Source of the DNA: Candidatus Multivoradales bacterium
GTDB taxonomy: Bacteria > Acidobacteriota > Thermoanaerobaculia > Multivoradales > JAHEKO01
Reading direction: 5' to 3'
DNA: 64,000 nucleotides
Assembly: GCA_965223875.1 (NCBI GenBank)
Contig: OZ245024.1
Span: 4,810,315-4,874,314, forward strand
The notes beneath the pieces are model-generated. The model ran no database searches and was not told where the DNA came from. It saw only the letters and a program-made list of their open reading frames with translations. Positions 49,145-58,351 of this stretch are shown in pieces. A program made the translations under genes and the position numbers. Every line of letters begins with the position of its first letter. Positions within the stretch are counted from its first letter, which is position 1.

Positions 49145-50101
49145 CTAGCGGCGGGACTTCCGGAAAGCGGCTTCGAGGGCGTTGAACCCGGCGGACATCT
49201 CGTCGGCGGCGGACTTCTTGTAGTCCTCGAAGTCCGAGCGCGATCCGCCGAGCTGGGCCCCCTTGGGCGCCAGCGAGATGCGGCGGCGGCGGGGATCGAT
49301 CGAGACGATCTGCACGTCGACCTCTCGTCCGCTCGGAAAGGCCCTCGCCGGCGAGGTGTCGCGCGGCAGGGACATCTCGGAGCTCGGCAACAGGCCGGTG
49401 AGCCCCGGCTCGATCTCGATCAGCGCCCCGAATCGTTCGGTCTTCTCGACCACGCCGGTGACCACGGTGCCCTCGCGGAGCCGCTCGCTCAGGTCCTTCC
49501 ACGGGTCGGGCTCGAGCGCCTTGCGCGACAGCGAGATGCGACGACCGCCCTGCTCGATTCGCAGGATCTTGACCTCGACCGTCTGGCCGACCTCGAAGAC
49601 GTCCGAGGGGTGCTCGACGCGACGACGGCCGATCTCGGAGATATGGACCAGGCCCTGGACACCGCCCAGGTCGACGAAGGCTCCGAAGTCGGTGATAGAG
49701 GCCACCGTCCCTTCCACCACCGCGCCGACCTCGAGCGTCTTGCGCGTCGCCCGGGCCCTCTCGTGACTCTCCTCGCGCGCGGCGGCAGCCCGCGACAGAA
49801 CGACACGGCGGCCTCCGCGACGGATCTCGATCACCTTGAACTCGAAGGCCTGGTCGACATAGTCGCGCGGCTCGCCGACCTTTCCGGGCTCCATCTCGGA
49901 CCGCGGACAGAACGCGGCGAAGCCGTCGACCACGACGTGGAAGCCGCCGGCGTTCCAGCCGATGACCTTGCCCTCGACGCCGGTGCCGGAGTCGAAGGCG
50001 GCCTGGAGGCTCGCCGGAGCCGCGCTCTTCGAACCGGCTCCAGAGTCCTCTTTCGAGACGGACGAATCCGTCGTCTCCGCTGCTCGCTGCTCATCTGACA
50101 T
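49145..50101 (-). CDS. S1 RNA-binding domain protein (short RpsA-like, three S1 domains)
   Basis: Three S1 repeats (AFCPRSEM; FGAFVDLGGVQGLVHISEI; FGALIEIEPGLTGLLPSSEM). Confidence 0.85.
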   Translation of the reverse strand: MSDEQRAAETTDSSVSKEDSGAGSKSAAPASLQAAFDSGTGVEGKVIGWNAGGFHVVVDGFAAFCPRSEMEPGKVGEPRDYVDQAFEFKVIEIRRGGRRVVLSRAAAAREESHERARATRKTLEVGAVVEGTVASITDFGAFVDLGGVQGLVHISEIGRRRVEHPSDVFEVGQTVEVKILRIEQGGRRISLSRKALEPDPWKDLSERLREGTVVTGVVEKTERFGALIEIEPGLTGLLPSSEMSLPRDTSPARAFPSGREVDVQIVSIDPRRRRISLAPKGAQLGGSRSDFEDYKKSAADEMSAGFNALEAAFRKSRR

Positions 50102-50289
50102 GGTGTGCGGGTGCTGTGGGGACACACGCCCATCAGGGTGGGGGCCCGCCTAGGTGGCCCACTACGTTATCAGACTTCCCGCGTCGTTATCAGCCTCGGC
50201 TCACCGCGGCTGGTCGGTGGCGGTCCGCCCGGCGCGGACACCCGATCGACGATCCTCGCGGGTGCTCCGTCGGGCGCTCCGGTGGGCGC

Positions 50290-50853
50290 TCAGTCGGGCG
50301 GGTACTTCTTGAGCACCTTCTGCACGGCCTTCTCGATCTTGGCTCTCAGCTGACGGGTCGTCTGGGCCTTGGCCTGGACGACGCCGCTCCAGACGATCTT
50401 CTCGGTCTCCGCGTCGGCGAAGTCCAGGACCAGGGTTCCGACCTCGTAGCGGCGTGTGACGTCGAGGGCGTCGGCACCGGTCCAGACGACGCTGGGGGCG
50501 AGCTCGTAGCGCACGCCTTCGATGAGCAGATTCTCGTCGACGCCGCCGTAGTAGGTGATCAGGAGGTCGGGCTCCTCGCCTTCGTCCGCCGGGCGCAGAC
50601 CCTTGCCCTTCAGCTCGGCGTCGGCGGTGCGCTTGACACGATCGTCGACCATCTTCGCCTCCGGCGTCTCGTTGAGCGGACCTGTCGCCCAGCGGTAGGT
50701 CGAGAAGGCGGAGAAGTCGGCGCTGTGGTCGTAGAGGATCTCGACGTCGAGCCCGGCGACGAGAGGTGATGCGAGCAGCACCAGCGCGGCGAGCGCCAGG
50801 GCCGGAGTCGGGAGATGGATGACTGATGGACGGAGCAAGATTCGTCTCCTCAT
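50290..50853 (-). CDS. DUF4136-family exported protein
   Basis: YDHSADFSAFSTYRW, PDLLITYY, YEVGTLVLDFADA....VWSG and KVLKKYPP; signal peptide. Confidence 0.7.
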   Translation of the reverse strand: MRRRILLRPSVIHLPTPALALAALVLLASPLVAGLDVEILYDHSADFSAFSTYRWATGPLNETPEAKMVDDRVKRTADAELKGKGLRPADEGEEPDLLITYYGGVDENLLIEGVRYELAPSVVWTGADALDVTRRYEVGTLVLDFADAETEKIVWSGVVQAKAQTTRQLRAKIEKAVQKVLKKYPPD

Positions 50854-50860
50854 TGTGGGC

Positions 50861-51454
50861 TCAGGATGCGAGGCGCCCGTCGAGCTCGAGCTCTTCGGCC
50901 GCTCCCTGCATCGCTTCGAGCACGTTCTGCGCGTGCTCCCACAGATCCAGACCGCCGTCGAAGCAGACCCGGCTGAAGTCCTCGGTCGCCTCGGCGACGT
51001 GCTCGCGGTCGACACCGGCGGCGAAGGCGCGAGACTTCCACCGCTTCTTCACCGACTTCAGACGTACCTGGCGGACATCCTTGTCGGGCCGGATGAGTGC
51101 CGCGGCGATGATCAGACCGGTGATCTCGTCGCAGGCGAGGAGCGCGAAGTCGATCGGCCGCTCGCGCTCGACGCCGGTACCCTCGGTGTTGTGGGAGAGG
51201 ATGGCGGTGACGACGGTCTCGGGGCAGCCCCTCTGGCGCAGGATCGGCGCTCCGTCGCGCGGATGCTGTTCCAGGGTGGGGTGCATCTCCCAGTCGAAGT
51301 CGTGCAGCCGCCCGGCGATGCCCCAGGTTTCAGCGTCCTCGTTCAGGATCCCGGCGTAGTGGCGCATGGCGGCCTCGACCGCGGCCATGTGACGCCGCAG
51401 GCCGGGGGCCTCGACGTGCTCCTCGACGATCTCGCGTGCGGTCTCTCGATCCAT
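50861..51454 (-). CDS. HD/HDIG-domain metal-dependent phosphohydrolase
   Basis: LRRHMAAVEAAM, LHDFDWE, AILSH and ACDEITG. Confidence 0.82.
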   Translation of the reverse strand: MDRETAREIVEEHVEAPGLRRHMAAVEAAMRHYAGILNEDAETWGIAGRLHDFDWEMHPTLEQHPRDGAPILRQRGCPETVVTAILSHNTEGTGVERERPIDFALLACDEITGLIIAAALIRPDKDVRQVRLKSVKKRWKSRAFAAGVDREHVAEATEDFSRVCFDGGLDLWEHAQNVLEAMQGAAEELELDGRLAS

Positions 51455-51479
51455 GACTGTCGGTTTCTCCCTCGAGGCC

Positions 51480-51809
51480 TCAGCCGAGCATGGCGAAGGT
51501 CACGGTCGCCTTGGCCACCAGGCGGTCGTCCTGCCGCACCTCGCCCTCTGCCACGCTCAGCCGGCGCCCCTTCTTGGTGACCCGGCCGACGGCGCGCAGG
51601 CGTCCCGGGCTGGCGCGGGAGAGCAGGTTGAGGTGGACGCTCGCCGGCACCACCGCCGCTCCCACCGCCTGCGCCGCCGAGACCTCCGCCATCGTCGCCA
51701 GGACGGCGAAATGAATCAGTCCTGGAGCGACCTCGTGATCGGGGCGCGTGTCGAGAACGATGGCGTCCCCGTCGCGTGTCAGGCCCAGAGCGCTGTTGAA
51801 GTCGGCCAT
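51480..51809 (-). CDS. PaaI-like hotdog-fold thioesterase
   Basis: IHFAVLATMAE, HLNLLS, GRVTKKGRRLSVAEGEV. Confidence 0.7.
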   Translation of the reverse strand: MADFNSALGLTRDGDAIVLDTRPDHEVAPGLIHFAVLATMAEVSAAQAVGAAVVPASVHLNLLSRASPGRLRAVGRVTKKGRRLSVAEGEVRQDDRLVAKATVTFAMLG

Positions 51810-51904
51810 CGGGTGCTCGTGATCTTCCGCACCGGGTGGAACGGCCGGCGTCGGCGGGTCGATTCTATCAGCGGCGACGGTCGCGGGACCGCCGTCCGGC
51901 GACC

Positions 51905-52762
51905 TCAGCCGGCGCCGCGTTGGCGATAGAACTCCTTGGCCTCCTGGAGGAAGAAGTCGGGCAGGAGCGTCTCGCCGGGCTGTACGGCGTAGACGTCGAA
52001 ATCGGTCACTCCGGCCTCTCGCAGGACCTCTTCGTCAATGTAGAAACGACCTGTCGTCGTGGCGGCGTCGGAGGTGAGGATGGCGTGGGCGGCGTCGGCG
52101 AGGATCTCCGGCTTGCGGCAGTGCCTGGTGTCGGCCATACCGGGAATCATGCGCAGGGCCGCGGTGGCGATGACCGTGCGGGGCCACAAGGCGTTGACCG
52201 CGATGCCGCGATCACGAAACTCCGCCGCCATGCCGAGGACGCAGAGGCTCATGCCGTACTTGGCCATCGTGTACGGCAGATGGGGGGCGAACCAGACGGG
52301 GTCCATGTCGAGGGGCGGCGAGAGATTGAGGATGTGGGGGTTGTCGCTCTCGGCCAGGTGGGGGAGGCAGGCCTGGGAGCAGACGAAGGTTCCGCGTGCG
52401 TTCACCGACCACATGAGATCGAAGCGCTTCATCGGCGTCTCGAGAGTTCCGGCGAGGAAGATGGCGCTGGCGTTGTTGACCAGGATGTCGATGCCGCCGA
52501 ATGTCGCCACGGTCTCGGCCACCGCCGCGGCGACCTCGTCTTCGTGACGGATATCGACCTTGAGCGGCAGCGCCTCACCGCCGGCGTGACGAACCTCCTC
52601 GGCCGTCGTGTGGATGGTGCCGGGTAGCTTCGGGTGCGGCTCGTCGGTCTTCGAGGCGACGACGACGCGAGCTCCGTCACGCGCCGCGCGCAACGCGATC
52701 GCCTTGCCGATACCGCGGCTGGCGCCGGTGATGAAGAGCGTCTTGTCCCTCAGGTCTTCCAT
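51905..52762 (-). CDS. Short-chain dehydrogenase (HSDL2-like)
   Basis: ITGASRGIG, NNASAI, YTMAKYGMS (YxxxK) and NALWPRTVIAT. Confidence 0.88.
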   Translation of the reverse strand: MEDLRDKTLFITGASRGIGKAIALRAARDGARVVVASKTDEPHPKLPGTIHTTAEEVRHAGGEALPLKVDIRHEDEVAAAVAETVATFGGIDILVNNASAIFLAGTLETPMKRFDLMWSVNARGTFVCSQACLPHLAESDNPHILNLSPPLDMDPVWFAPHLPYTMAKYGMSLCVLGMAAEFRDRGIAVNALWPRTVIATAALRMIPGMADTRHCRKPEILADAAHAILTSDAATTTGRFYIDEEVLREAGVTDFDVYAVQPGETLLPDFFLQEAKEFYRQRGAG

Positions 52763-52826
52763 ACGCGTCCTCCTGCGAAGAAGTGGCTATCATAAGCCTT
52801 CTTCACGGAGTTCCGGAGGTGAGTGG

Positions 52827-53183
52827 ATGAGTCGATCGGTCGACGAGTTTCGAAGCTATCGCGAGCGCATGAACCAGCGGATCCTTGGCGGGGATCACCT
52901 GGGCATCAAGCGCTTCTTCAATCTGGACACCGCGGCCTATCGCGACGGAGCGCTCGATGGCCGGACCAAGGAGCTGCTCGGCCTGGTGGCCTCGATGGTG
53001 TTGCGCTGCAACGACTGTATCGACTACCACGTCGACAACTGCGTCGAGGCCGGCTGGAGCGACGACGAGATCGAGGAGGCCTTCAACGTCGCGCTGGTGG
53101 TCGGCGGCAGTATCGTCATTCCCCATCTGCGTCACGCCTACGACACGCTGGATCAGCTGCGCGCCGAGCGCGCGGCGGATTGA
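52827..53183 (+). CDS. Carboxymuconolactone decarboxylase/AhpD-like protein
   Basis: GALDGRTKELLGLVAS...CNDCIDYH (CxxC) and EEAFNVALVVGG. Confidence 0.82.
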   Translation: MSRSVDEFRSYRERMNQRILGGDHLGIKRFFNLDTAAYRDGALDGRTKELLGLVASMVLRCNDCIDYHVDNCVEAGWSDDEIEEAFNVALVVGGSIVIPHLRHAYDTLDQLRAERAAD

Positions 53184-53205
53184 CTCCGGAGACCGGGAGA
53201 TCGCC

Positions 53206-53616
53206 ATGAGTCGGAGACGGGTTCTCTTCCTCTGTACGGCCAACTCGGCGCGCTCGCAGATCGCCGAGGGTCTGGCCCGTCACCTCGGGGGTGAGCGACT
53301 CGAGGTGGCCAGCGCCGGCGCCGAACCGTCGAGCGTCCACCCGCTGGCGATCGAGGTGATGGCGGAGCGCGGCGTCGACATCTCGGGCCAGCGCTCCCAG
53401 CCGCTCACCGACTTCGTCGATCTGCCGTTCGACGACGTCGTCACGGTGTGCGACCGGGCCGCGGCGCGCTGCCCGGTCTTCCCGGGACCGGCGCGGCGCC
53501 ATCACTGGTCGATGCCGGATCCCGCGGCGGCGCCCGAAGCGCAGCGCCTGGAGGCCTTCCGCGAGGTGAGAGAGGCGCTCGAGACACGCCTGCGCGATTG
53601 GCTCGAGTCGGTCTAG
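53206..53616 (+). CDS. arsC: Thioredoxin-type arsenate reductase / LMW-PTP family protein
   Basis: VLFLCTANSARSQIAEG (CX5R), TVCD...RCPVFPG and HWSMPDPA. Confidence 0.8.
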   Translation: MSRRRVLFLCTANSARSQIAEGLARHLGGERLEVASAGAEPSSVHPLAIEVMAERGVDISGQRSQPLTDFVDLPFDDVVTVCDRAAARCPVFPGPARRHHWSMPDPAAAPEAQRLEAFREVREALETRLRDWLESV

Positions 53617-53659
53617 CCTGCCTTGTTCGTCGCCGTCGGAGGCCGGTGGAGAACGCTGG

Positions 53660-54490
53660 CTAGGCCTCCGCCTCGCTCAGTTCCCTGGCGATCGCCGGCA
53701 GGGCCACCTCGGCGCCCTGTTCGATCGCCAGAACACCCAGCGCCGCCAGTCGCGGCTCGAGCCCGGCCGGATCGACCGACACGACCGGTCGCCGGCGTCG
53801 CAGCGCCTCGCGCAGCACCAGCTCGGTGACGCCGACCGAGAACGAGGTGCCGACGAAGAGGGCCGCGTCGCAGGTGGCGGCGGCGGTCTCGACCTCGTCG
53901 AAGCGGTAGTCGAGATGCTCGCCGTAGTACTCGTCGAAGAAGAGGACATGAGCGCGCAGGAGAGCGCCGCAATCGGGGCAGCGGGGCAGGTTCGACGCCT
54001 GACGCTCCCGGCGGAAGGGATCGAGGTCGACCTCCCGCCGGAGCAGTGAGCCCCGCGGGGCGGCCAGGCGGCAGCCTCCCTCGCTCGTGCAGCGGAGCCG
54101 GTCGCTGCTCCCGTGGACCTTGATCGGGTCGACGCTCCCCGCGGCCTCGTGCAGACAGTCGATGTTCTGGGTGACGAGGACGAAGTCGCCTCCGTGCCGG
54201 CCGACCGAGCGCTCGATCTCCACGATCGCCGTGTGGGCCGCGTTGGGGCGCGCCCCGTCGATGCTGGCGAACCGGTCGAGATACCAGGCCCACTGACCGA
54301 CCGGGTCACGCTGGAAGTACTCGCGGGTCGCCAGCTCGACGTCGTGGCGCCGCCACACCGCCCCGGGCTCCGAGCCGCGGAAGGTGGGGATGCCACTGGC
54401 GCTGCTGATTCCGGCCCCGGTGACGACGAGTAACCGTCCACGGGATGCGGTTCGCAGGGCGTCGATGGCTGGGTCGTGCGCGCTCGGCAT
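53660..54490 (-). CDS. Sir2-family NAD-dependent deacylase
   Basis: TGAGISSASGIPTFRG, TQNIDCLH, HGS, Cys zinc ribbon and VGTS. Confidence 0.88.
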   Translation of the reverse strand: MPSAHDPAIDALRTASRGRLLVVTGAGISSASGIPTFRGSEPGAVWRRHDVELATREYFQRDPVGQWAWYLDRFASIDGARPNAAHTAIVEIERSVGRHGGDFVLVTQNIDCLHEAAGSVDPIKVHGSSDRLRCTSEGGCRLAAPRGSLLRREVDLDPFRRERQASNLPRCPDCGALLRAHVLFFDEYYGEHLDYRFDEVETAAATCDAALFVGTSFSVGVTELVLREALRRRRPVVSVDPAGLEPRLAALGVLAIEQGAEVALPAIARELSEAEA

Positions 54491-54574
54491 GTGGAGGGAT
54501 TCTAGCTCCCGGCACGAGCGTCATCTGAGACAATGACGCGTGCGCAGACGATCCGGTGAGGCTTCCTCCGTTCG

Positions 54575-56215
54575 ATGAGCGGCGCCCTCAAGGTCGGGGC
54601 GGGCATTCTGCTCAGCCGGCTGGCCGGTTTCGTTCGCGACGCCTCGCTGGCGTACTACTTCGGCGCCGGGCCCCACGCGGACGTCTTCCGCATCGTGCTC
54701 CGGGGCCCGAACATTCTCCAGAACCTGCTCGGCGAGCAGACGCTGTCGGCGTCGTTCATCCCCGTCTACTCCCGTCTGTGCGACACGGATCCGCGCGCCG
54801 CGGGACGGTTCGCCGGGGCCGTCTTCGGACTCCTCCTGGCGCTGGTGGCCGGCCTGGTGCTGCTGGGCGAGCTGCTCGCCGGACCGATCATCGCGCTCGT
54901 GGCACCCGGATTCGTGGCCGACGCCGCCGTTGTCGAGGCGGTCGGTGGAGGCGTAGACCGCTACGCCCTCGCGGTCGGGGCGGTGCGTTTCATCTTTCCG
55001 ATGGTCGGATTCCTGGTGCTCTCGGCCTGGGCTCTCGGTGTCCTCAACAGTCACCGCCGCTTCTTCGTCTCCTATGTCGCGCCGGTGGCCTGGAACACGG
55101 CCATCGTCGCCGCCCTCACGGCTGCTGCCGGGATGGCCGAAGGTGTTTCCGACACGCTGCTGACCGCGGCCTGTGTAGGCGCCCTGGTCGGAGGGGTCCT
55201 GCAGTTTCTGGTGCAGCTGCCGCTGGCCCTGCGTCTGCTGTGCGGCTTCCGGATCTCGCTGTCGCGGCGGGTAGAGGGAGTCGGCGAGGCCCTGAGGGCT
55301 CTTGGACCGTTGGTGGCGGCGCGCGGCGTCGTCCAGATCTCGGGTTATTTCGACCTCCTCTTGGCGTCGTTTCTGGCCGTCGGTGCGATTGCCGCGCTCG
55401 GCTGGGCCTATACCCTCTACGTCCTCCCGATCAGCGTCTTCGCCATGTCGGTGGCGGCCTCTGAGCTGCCCGAGCTGGCGCGGCGTTCCGAACCGGACGC
55501 GGCCGATGCCTTCGCCGGACGGGTGGTCGATTCGGTGCGGCGGGTCGTGGCGCTGGTGGTGCCGACGGCGGTCGGCTACCTCGCCTTCGGCTACCTGATC
55601 GTCAGCGCCGTATTCCGTCGCGGCAGCTTCGGTCAGGCCGACACTTCGCTCGTTTACATGGTTCTCTTCGCCTACAGCCTGGGGCTGGTGGCGAGCACCG
55701 TCTCGCGGGTGCTGACGAACGCCTTCTACGCGCTCGGCGAGACGAAGCCGCCGGCCCGTGTCGCGGTCGTCCGGGTGGTCGTGTCGGCGGTCATCGGAGC
55801 GGCGCTGATGCTCCTGCTCGACCGCTTCCCGATCCAGGCCCTGCCCTGGCCGGTGGAGGAGCGGGGCCTGAGGCTCGGCGGCGTCGGCCTGGCCCTCGGG
55901 TCGGCGGTGGGGGCATGGCTCGAGATCGCGCTGCTGGTCCGAGAGCTACGCCGTACGCGCCCGGAGCTGGTCGTGGAGCTGCGCAGGGACCTGTCGCTCC
56001 ATCTCCGCTTCCTGGCGCTGGCGATCACCGCGCTGGTCCCCGCGGCGGCCGTCGCCGGGTGGACCTCCGGGCTGCCCTGGGCGGCCCGGGGTGGGCTCGT
56101 GATCGGGTGCTATGCTGTCTGCTACCTGGCGCTCGGCAAGCTCCTCGGTGTGGTCGAGCCGCGTGATCTGCTGAGAGGATTCGAGCGCCGACGGGAGGCC
56201 TCGGAGGACCGATGA
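54575..56215 (+). CDS. murJ: Lipid II flippase MurJ (MviN)
   Basis: LSRLAGFVRD..LAYYFGAG..AD.F, LGEQTLSASFIPVY; about 14 TMs; FYALGETK.P. Confidence 0.9.
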   Translation: MSGALKVGAGILLSRLAGFVRDASLAYYFGAGPHADVFRIVLRGPNILQNLLGEQTLSASFIPVYSRLCDTDPRAAGRFAGAVFGLLLALVAGLVLLGELLAGPIIALVAPGFVADAAVVEAVGGGVDRYALAVGAVRFIFPMVGFLVLSAWALGVLNSHRRFFVSYVAPVAWNTAIVAALTAAAGMAEGVSDTLLTAACVGALVGGVLQFLVQLPLALRLLCGFRISLSRRVEGVGEALRALGPLVAARGVVQISGYFDLLLASFLAVGAIAALGWAYTLYVLPISVFAMSVAASELPELARRSEPDAADAFAGRVVDSVRRVVALVVPTAVGYLAFGYLIVSAVFRRGSFGQADTSLVYMVLFAYSLGLVASTVSRVLTNAFYALGETKPPARVAVVRVVVSAVIGAALMLLLDRFPIQALPWPVEERGLRLGGVGLALGSAVGAWLEIALLVRELRRTRPELVVELRRDLSLHLRFLALAITALVPAAAVAGWTSGLPWAARGGLVIGCYAVCYLALGKLLGVVEPRDLLRGFERRREASEDR

Positions 56216-56655
56216 AGATCGCCATTGCCTCGGATCACGCCGGATTCCGCTACAAGGAAGAGATCAAGCGCTTCCTCACCGAGGGTGGTCACGAGGTGGT
56301 CGACTTCGGCACCGACTCGCAGGAGGCGGCGGACTACCCCGTCTACATCCGACCGGCGGCCGAAGCGGTATCGCGCGGCGACTGCGAGCGCGGCATCGTG
56401 CTCGGCGGCTCGGGCAACGGCGAGGCGATGGCCGCCAACCGGGTCCGGGGCGTTCGCTGTGCCCTGTGCTGGGACGTCACCACGGCCCGGCTGGCGCGCG
56501 AGCACAACGACGCCAACATGCTCTCGCTGGGTGAGCGGCTGGTCGATCTGGAGACGGCGTTCGACATCGTCCGCACCTGGCTCGAGACGGCCTTCGAAGG
56601 CGGGCGTCACGTGCGCCGGATAGCGCTCATCGACGAGCTCGGAGCGGGTGACTGA
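56212..56655 (+). CDS. rpiB: Ribose-5-phosphate isomerase B
   Basis: IAIASDHAG, DYP, GGSGNGEAMAANRV.GVR, EHNDAN and FEGGRH.RRI. Confidence 0.92.
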   Translation: MKIAIASDHAGFRYKEEIKRFLTEGGHEVVDFGTDSQEAADYPVYIRPAAEAVSRGDCERGIVLGGSGNGEAMAANRVRGVRCALCWDVTTARLAREHNDANMLSLGERLVDLETAFDIVRTWLETAFEGGRHVRRIALIDELGAGD

Positions 56656-57218
56656 TGGAGACGGCGCTGAGCATCGCGCTGGGGATCGGGCTGGCGGCCG
56701 CATGTGGCTTCCGGGTCTTCGCTCCGCTCCTGGTCGTCTCGGTCGCGGCGCGGGCGGATGCCCTGAGCCTCGGCGACGGCGTCTCCTGGATCGGCTCGAC
56801 TCCGGCTCTGATCATCCTCATCGGGGCGACGGTGGCCGAGGTCGCCGCCTACTACGTCCCCTGGCTCGACAACCTGCTCGACACGATCGCGACTCCGGCC
56901 GCGGTCATCGCGGGTGCGGTGCTTGCGGCGTCGGTGGTCACCGGGATGGATCCCTGGCTCAAGTGGACCCTGGTCGCCATCGCCGGAGGTGGGGTCGCCG
57001 GCGCTGTCCAGGTGTCGACCGCCACGGCGCGGGGCGCTTCGACAGTCCTCACCGGCGGGCTCGGCAACGCCGGCGTCGCTTCCGCGGAGCTCGCCGGCTC
57101 GGTCGCTCTCTCGGTGCTCTCCATCGTCTGGCCTCTGCTCGCCCTCGTCGCGGTGGCCCTGCTGCTGCTCCTTGTCGCCCGCTGGCGGGCACGACGGGTC
57201 TCCGCCGCGCCGGGTTGA
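56655..57218 (+). CDS. DUF4126-family membrane protein
   Basis: GLAAACGFRVFAPL, AYYVPWLDNLLD and TGGLGN. Confidence 0.75.
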   Translation: METALSIALGIGLAAACGFRVFAPLLVVSVAARADALSLGDGVSWIGSTPALIILIGATVAEVAAYYVPWLDNLLDTIATPAAVIAGAVLAASVVTGMDPWLKWTLVAIAGGGVAGAVQVSTATARGASTVLTGGLGNAGVASAELAGSVALSVLSIVWPLLALVAVALLLLLVARWRARRVSAAPG

Positions 57219-57220
57219 CG

Positions 57221-58351
57221 ATGCCTCGCCGAGCGGCTCTGCCGGTGGGGGTGGTGACGCTGCTCTGCGGCTGTCTGGCCTGCCTCGGTCCGGTGTCGGC
57301 CGACGAGCTCCGGCAGGACGAACGCGAGCTTCTCCGCCAGCTCGAGCAGAGGGGACTGTCGGCGGAGGAGATCGTCCGGCCGCACGCTTTGAGCGACGAG
57401 ATGAAGCGGTGGCTCGCCGATTCGGTCCCGCGCGGCCTGCCGGAGGACGAGCGCGTCGAGGAGCTGCTCCGGCTTCTCCTCGGCCGGAGCGAGCTCGACC
57501 TGCGCTACCACCAGGGCTACACCGGCACCGCCATCGAGACCTTCTCGTCGGGCAAGGCCAACTGCCTGGCCTTCACCCACCTGTTCGTCGGCATGGCCAG
57601 GGAGCTCGAAGTGGAGGCCCACTATCTCCGGGTCGACGATCTGCAGAGCTTCGAGCGCGAGGGCGACCTGGTGGTGATCTCCGGGCACGTCACGGCCGGG
57701 TTCGGCTCGGCACGGCAACCCCGGGTGCTCGAGTTCACCGTCTTCCCGGCCGGTGAGTACCGCCAGGTGAGACTGCTGAGCGATCTGAGCGCCCTGGCGC
57801 TCTTCTACTCGAATCGAGGTGCCGAGCTGTTGCTGGCGGGCGACCGCGGGGGCGCCCTCGAATGGCTCGAGACGGCGGTCGCGATCGACGACTCGCTGTC
57901 CGACGCCTGGGTCAATCTCGGAGTCGTCCGCCGAAGGCTCGGGGACCTGGCGGGCGCCGAGCGAGCCTACCGGCAGGCGATCGAGCTCGATCCTGAGCTG
58001 GCCTCGGCCTACCAGAACCTCTCGGCGTTGCTGATCCGGTGGGACGGCAGATCCGAGGAGGGCGAGCGTCTGCTGGCGCTGACCGATCTGCGGGGGAACC
58101 GCAATCCGTTCAACTACCTCGCCCTGGGCGACCTCAGCCTGCGAGAGGGACGGCTCGAGGACGCTCAGCGCTACTACCGACGCGCCCTCGATCTGGGACC
58201 CGACGAGGCGGAGGTGCAGGCGGCGATGGGTCTGTGGCACCTCGAGGCCGGCCATCGGAGCCGTGCCAGGAAGTGGCTCAAGCGAGCTCTGAAGACCGAC
58301 CCCGAGCAGGCGCGCGTCCGCCGTCTGGCTGAGCAGATCGCCCAGGGATGA
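57221..58351 (+). CDS. Exported transglutaminase-like domain plus TPR repeats
   Basis: Signal/lipobox; NCLAFTHLFVGMARELEV (Cys), GHVTAG (His); C-terminal TPRs (AWVNLGVV, AYRQAIELDP, YYRRALDL). Confidence 0.7.
   Translation: MPRRAALPVGVVTLLCGCLACLGPVSADELRQDERELLRQLEQRGLSAEEIVRPHALSDEMKRWLADSVPRGLPEDERVEELLRLLLGRSELDLRYHQGYTGTAIETFSSGKANCLAFTHLFVGMARELEVEAHYLRVDDLQSFEREGDLVVISGHVTAGFGSARQPRVLEFTVFPAGEYRQVRLLSDLSALALFYSNRGAELLLAGDRGGALEWLETAVAIDDSLSDAWVNLGVVRRRLGDLAGAERAYRQAIELDPELASAYQNLSALLIRWDGRSEEGERLLALTDLRGNRNPFNYLALGDLSLREGRLEDAQRYYRRALDLGPDEAEVQAAMGLWHLEAGHRSRARKWLKRALKTDPEQARVRRLAEQIAQG

Noticed and set aside
50120-50230. Possible hammerhead ribozyme (CTGAT-containing motifs)
   Set aside because: Lacks the CUGAUGA and GAAA core in a compatible arrangement.
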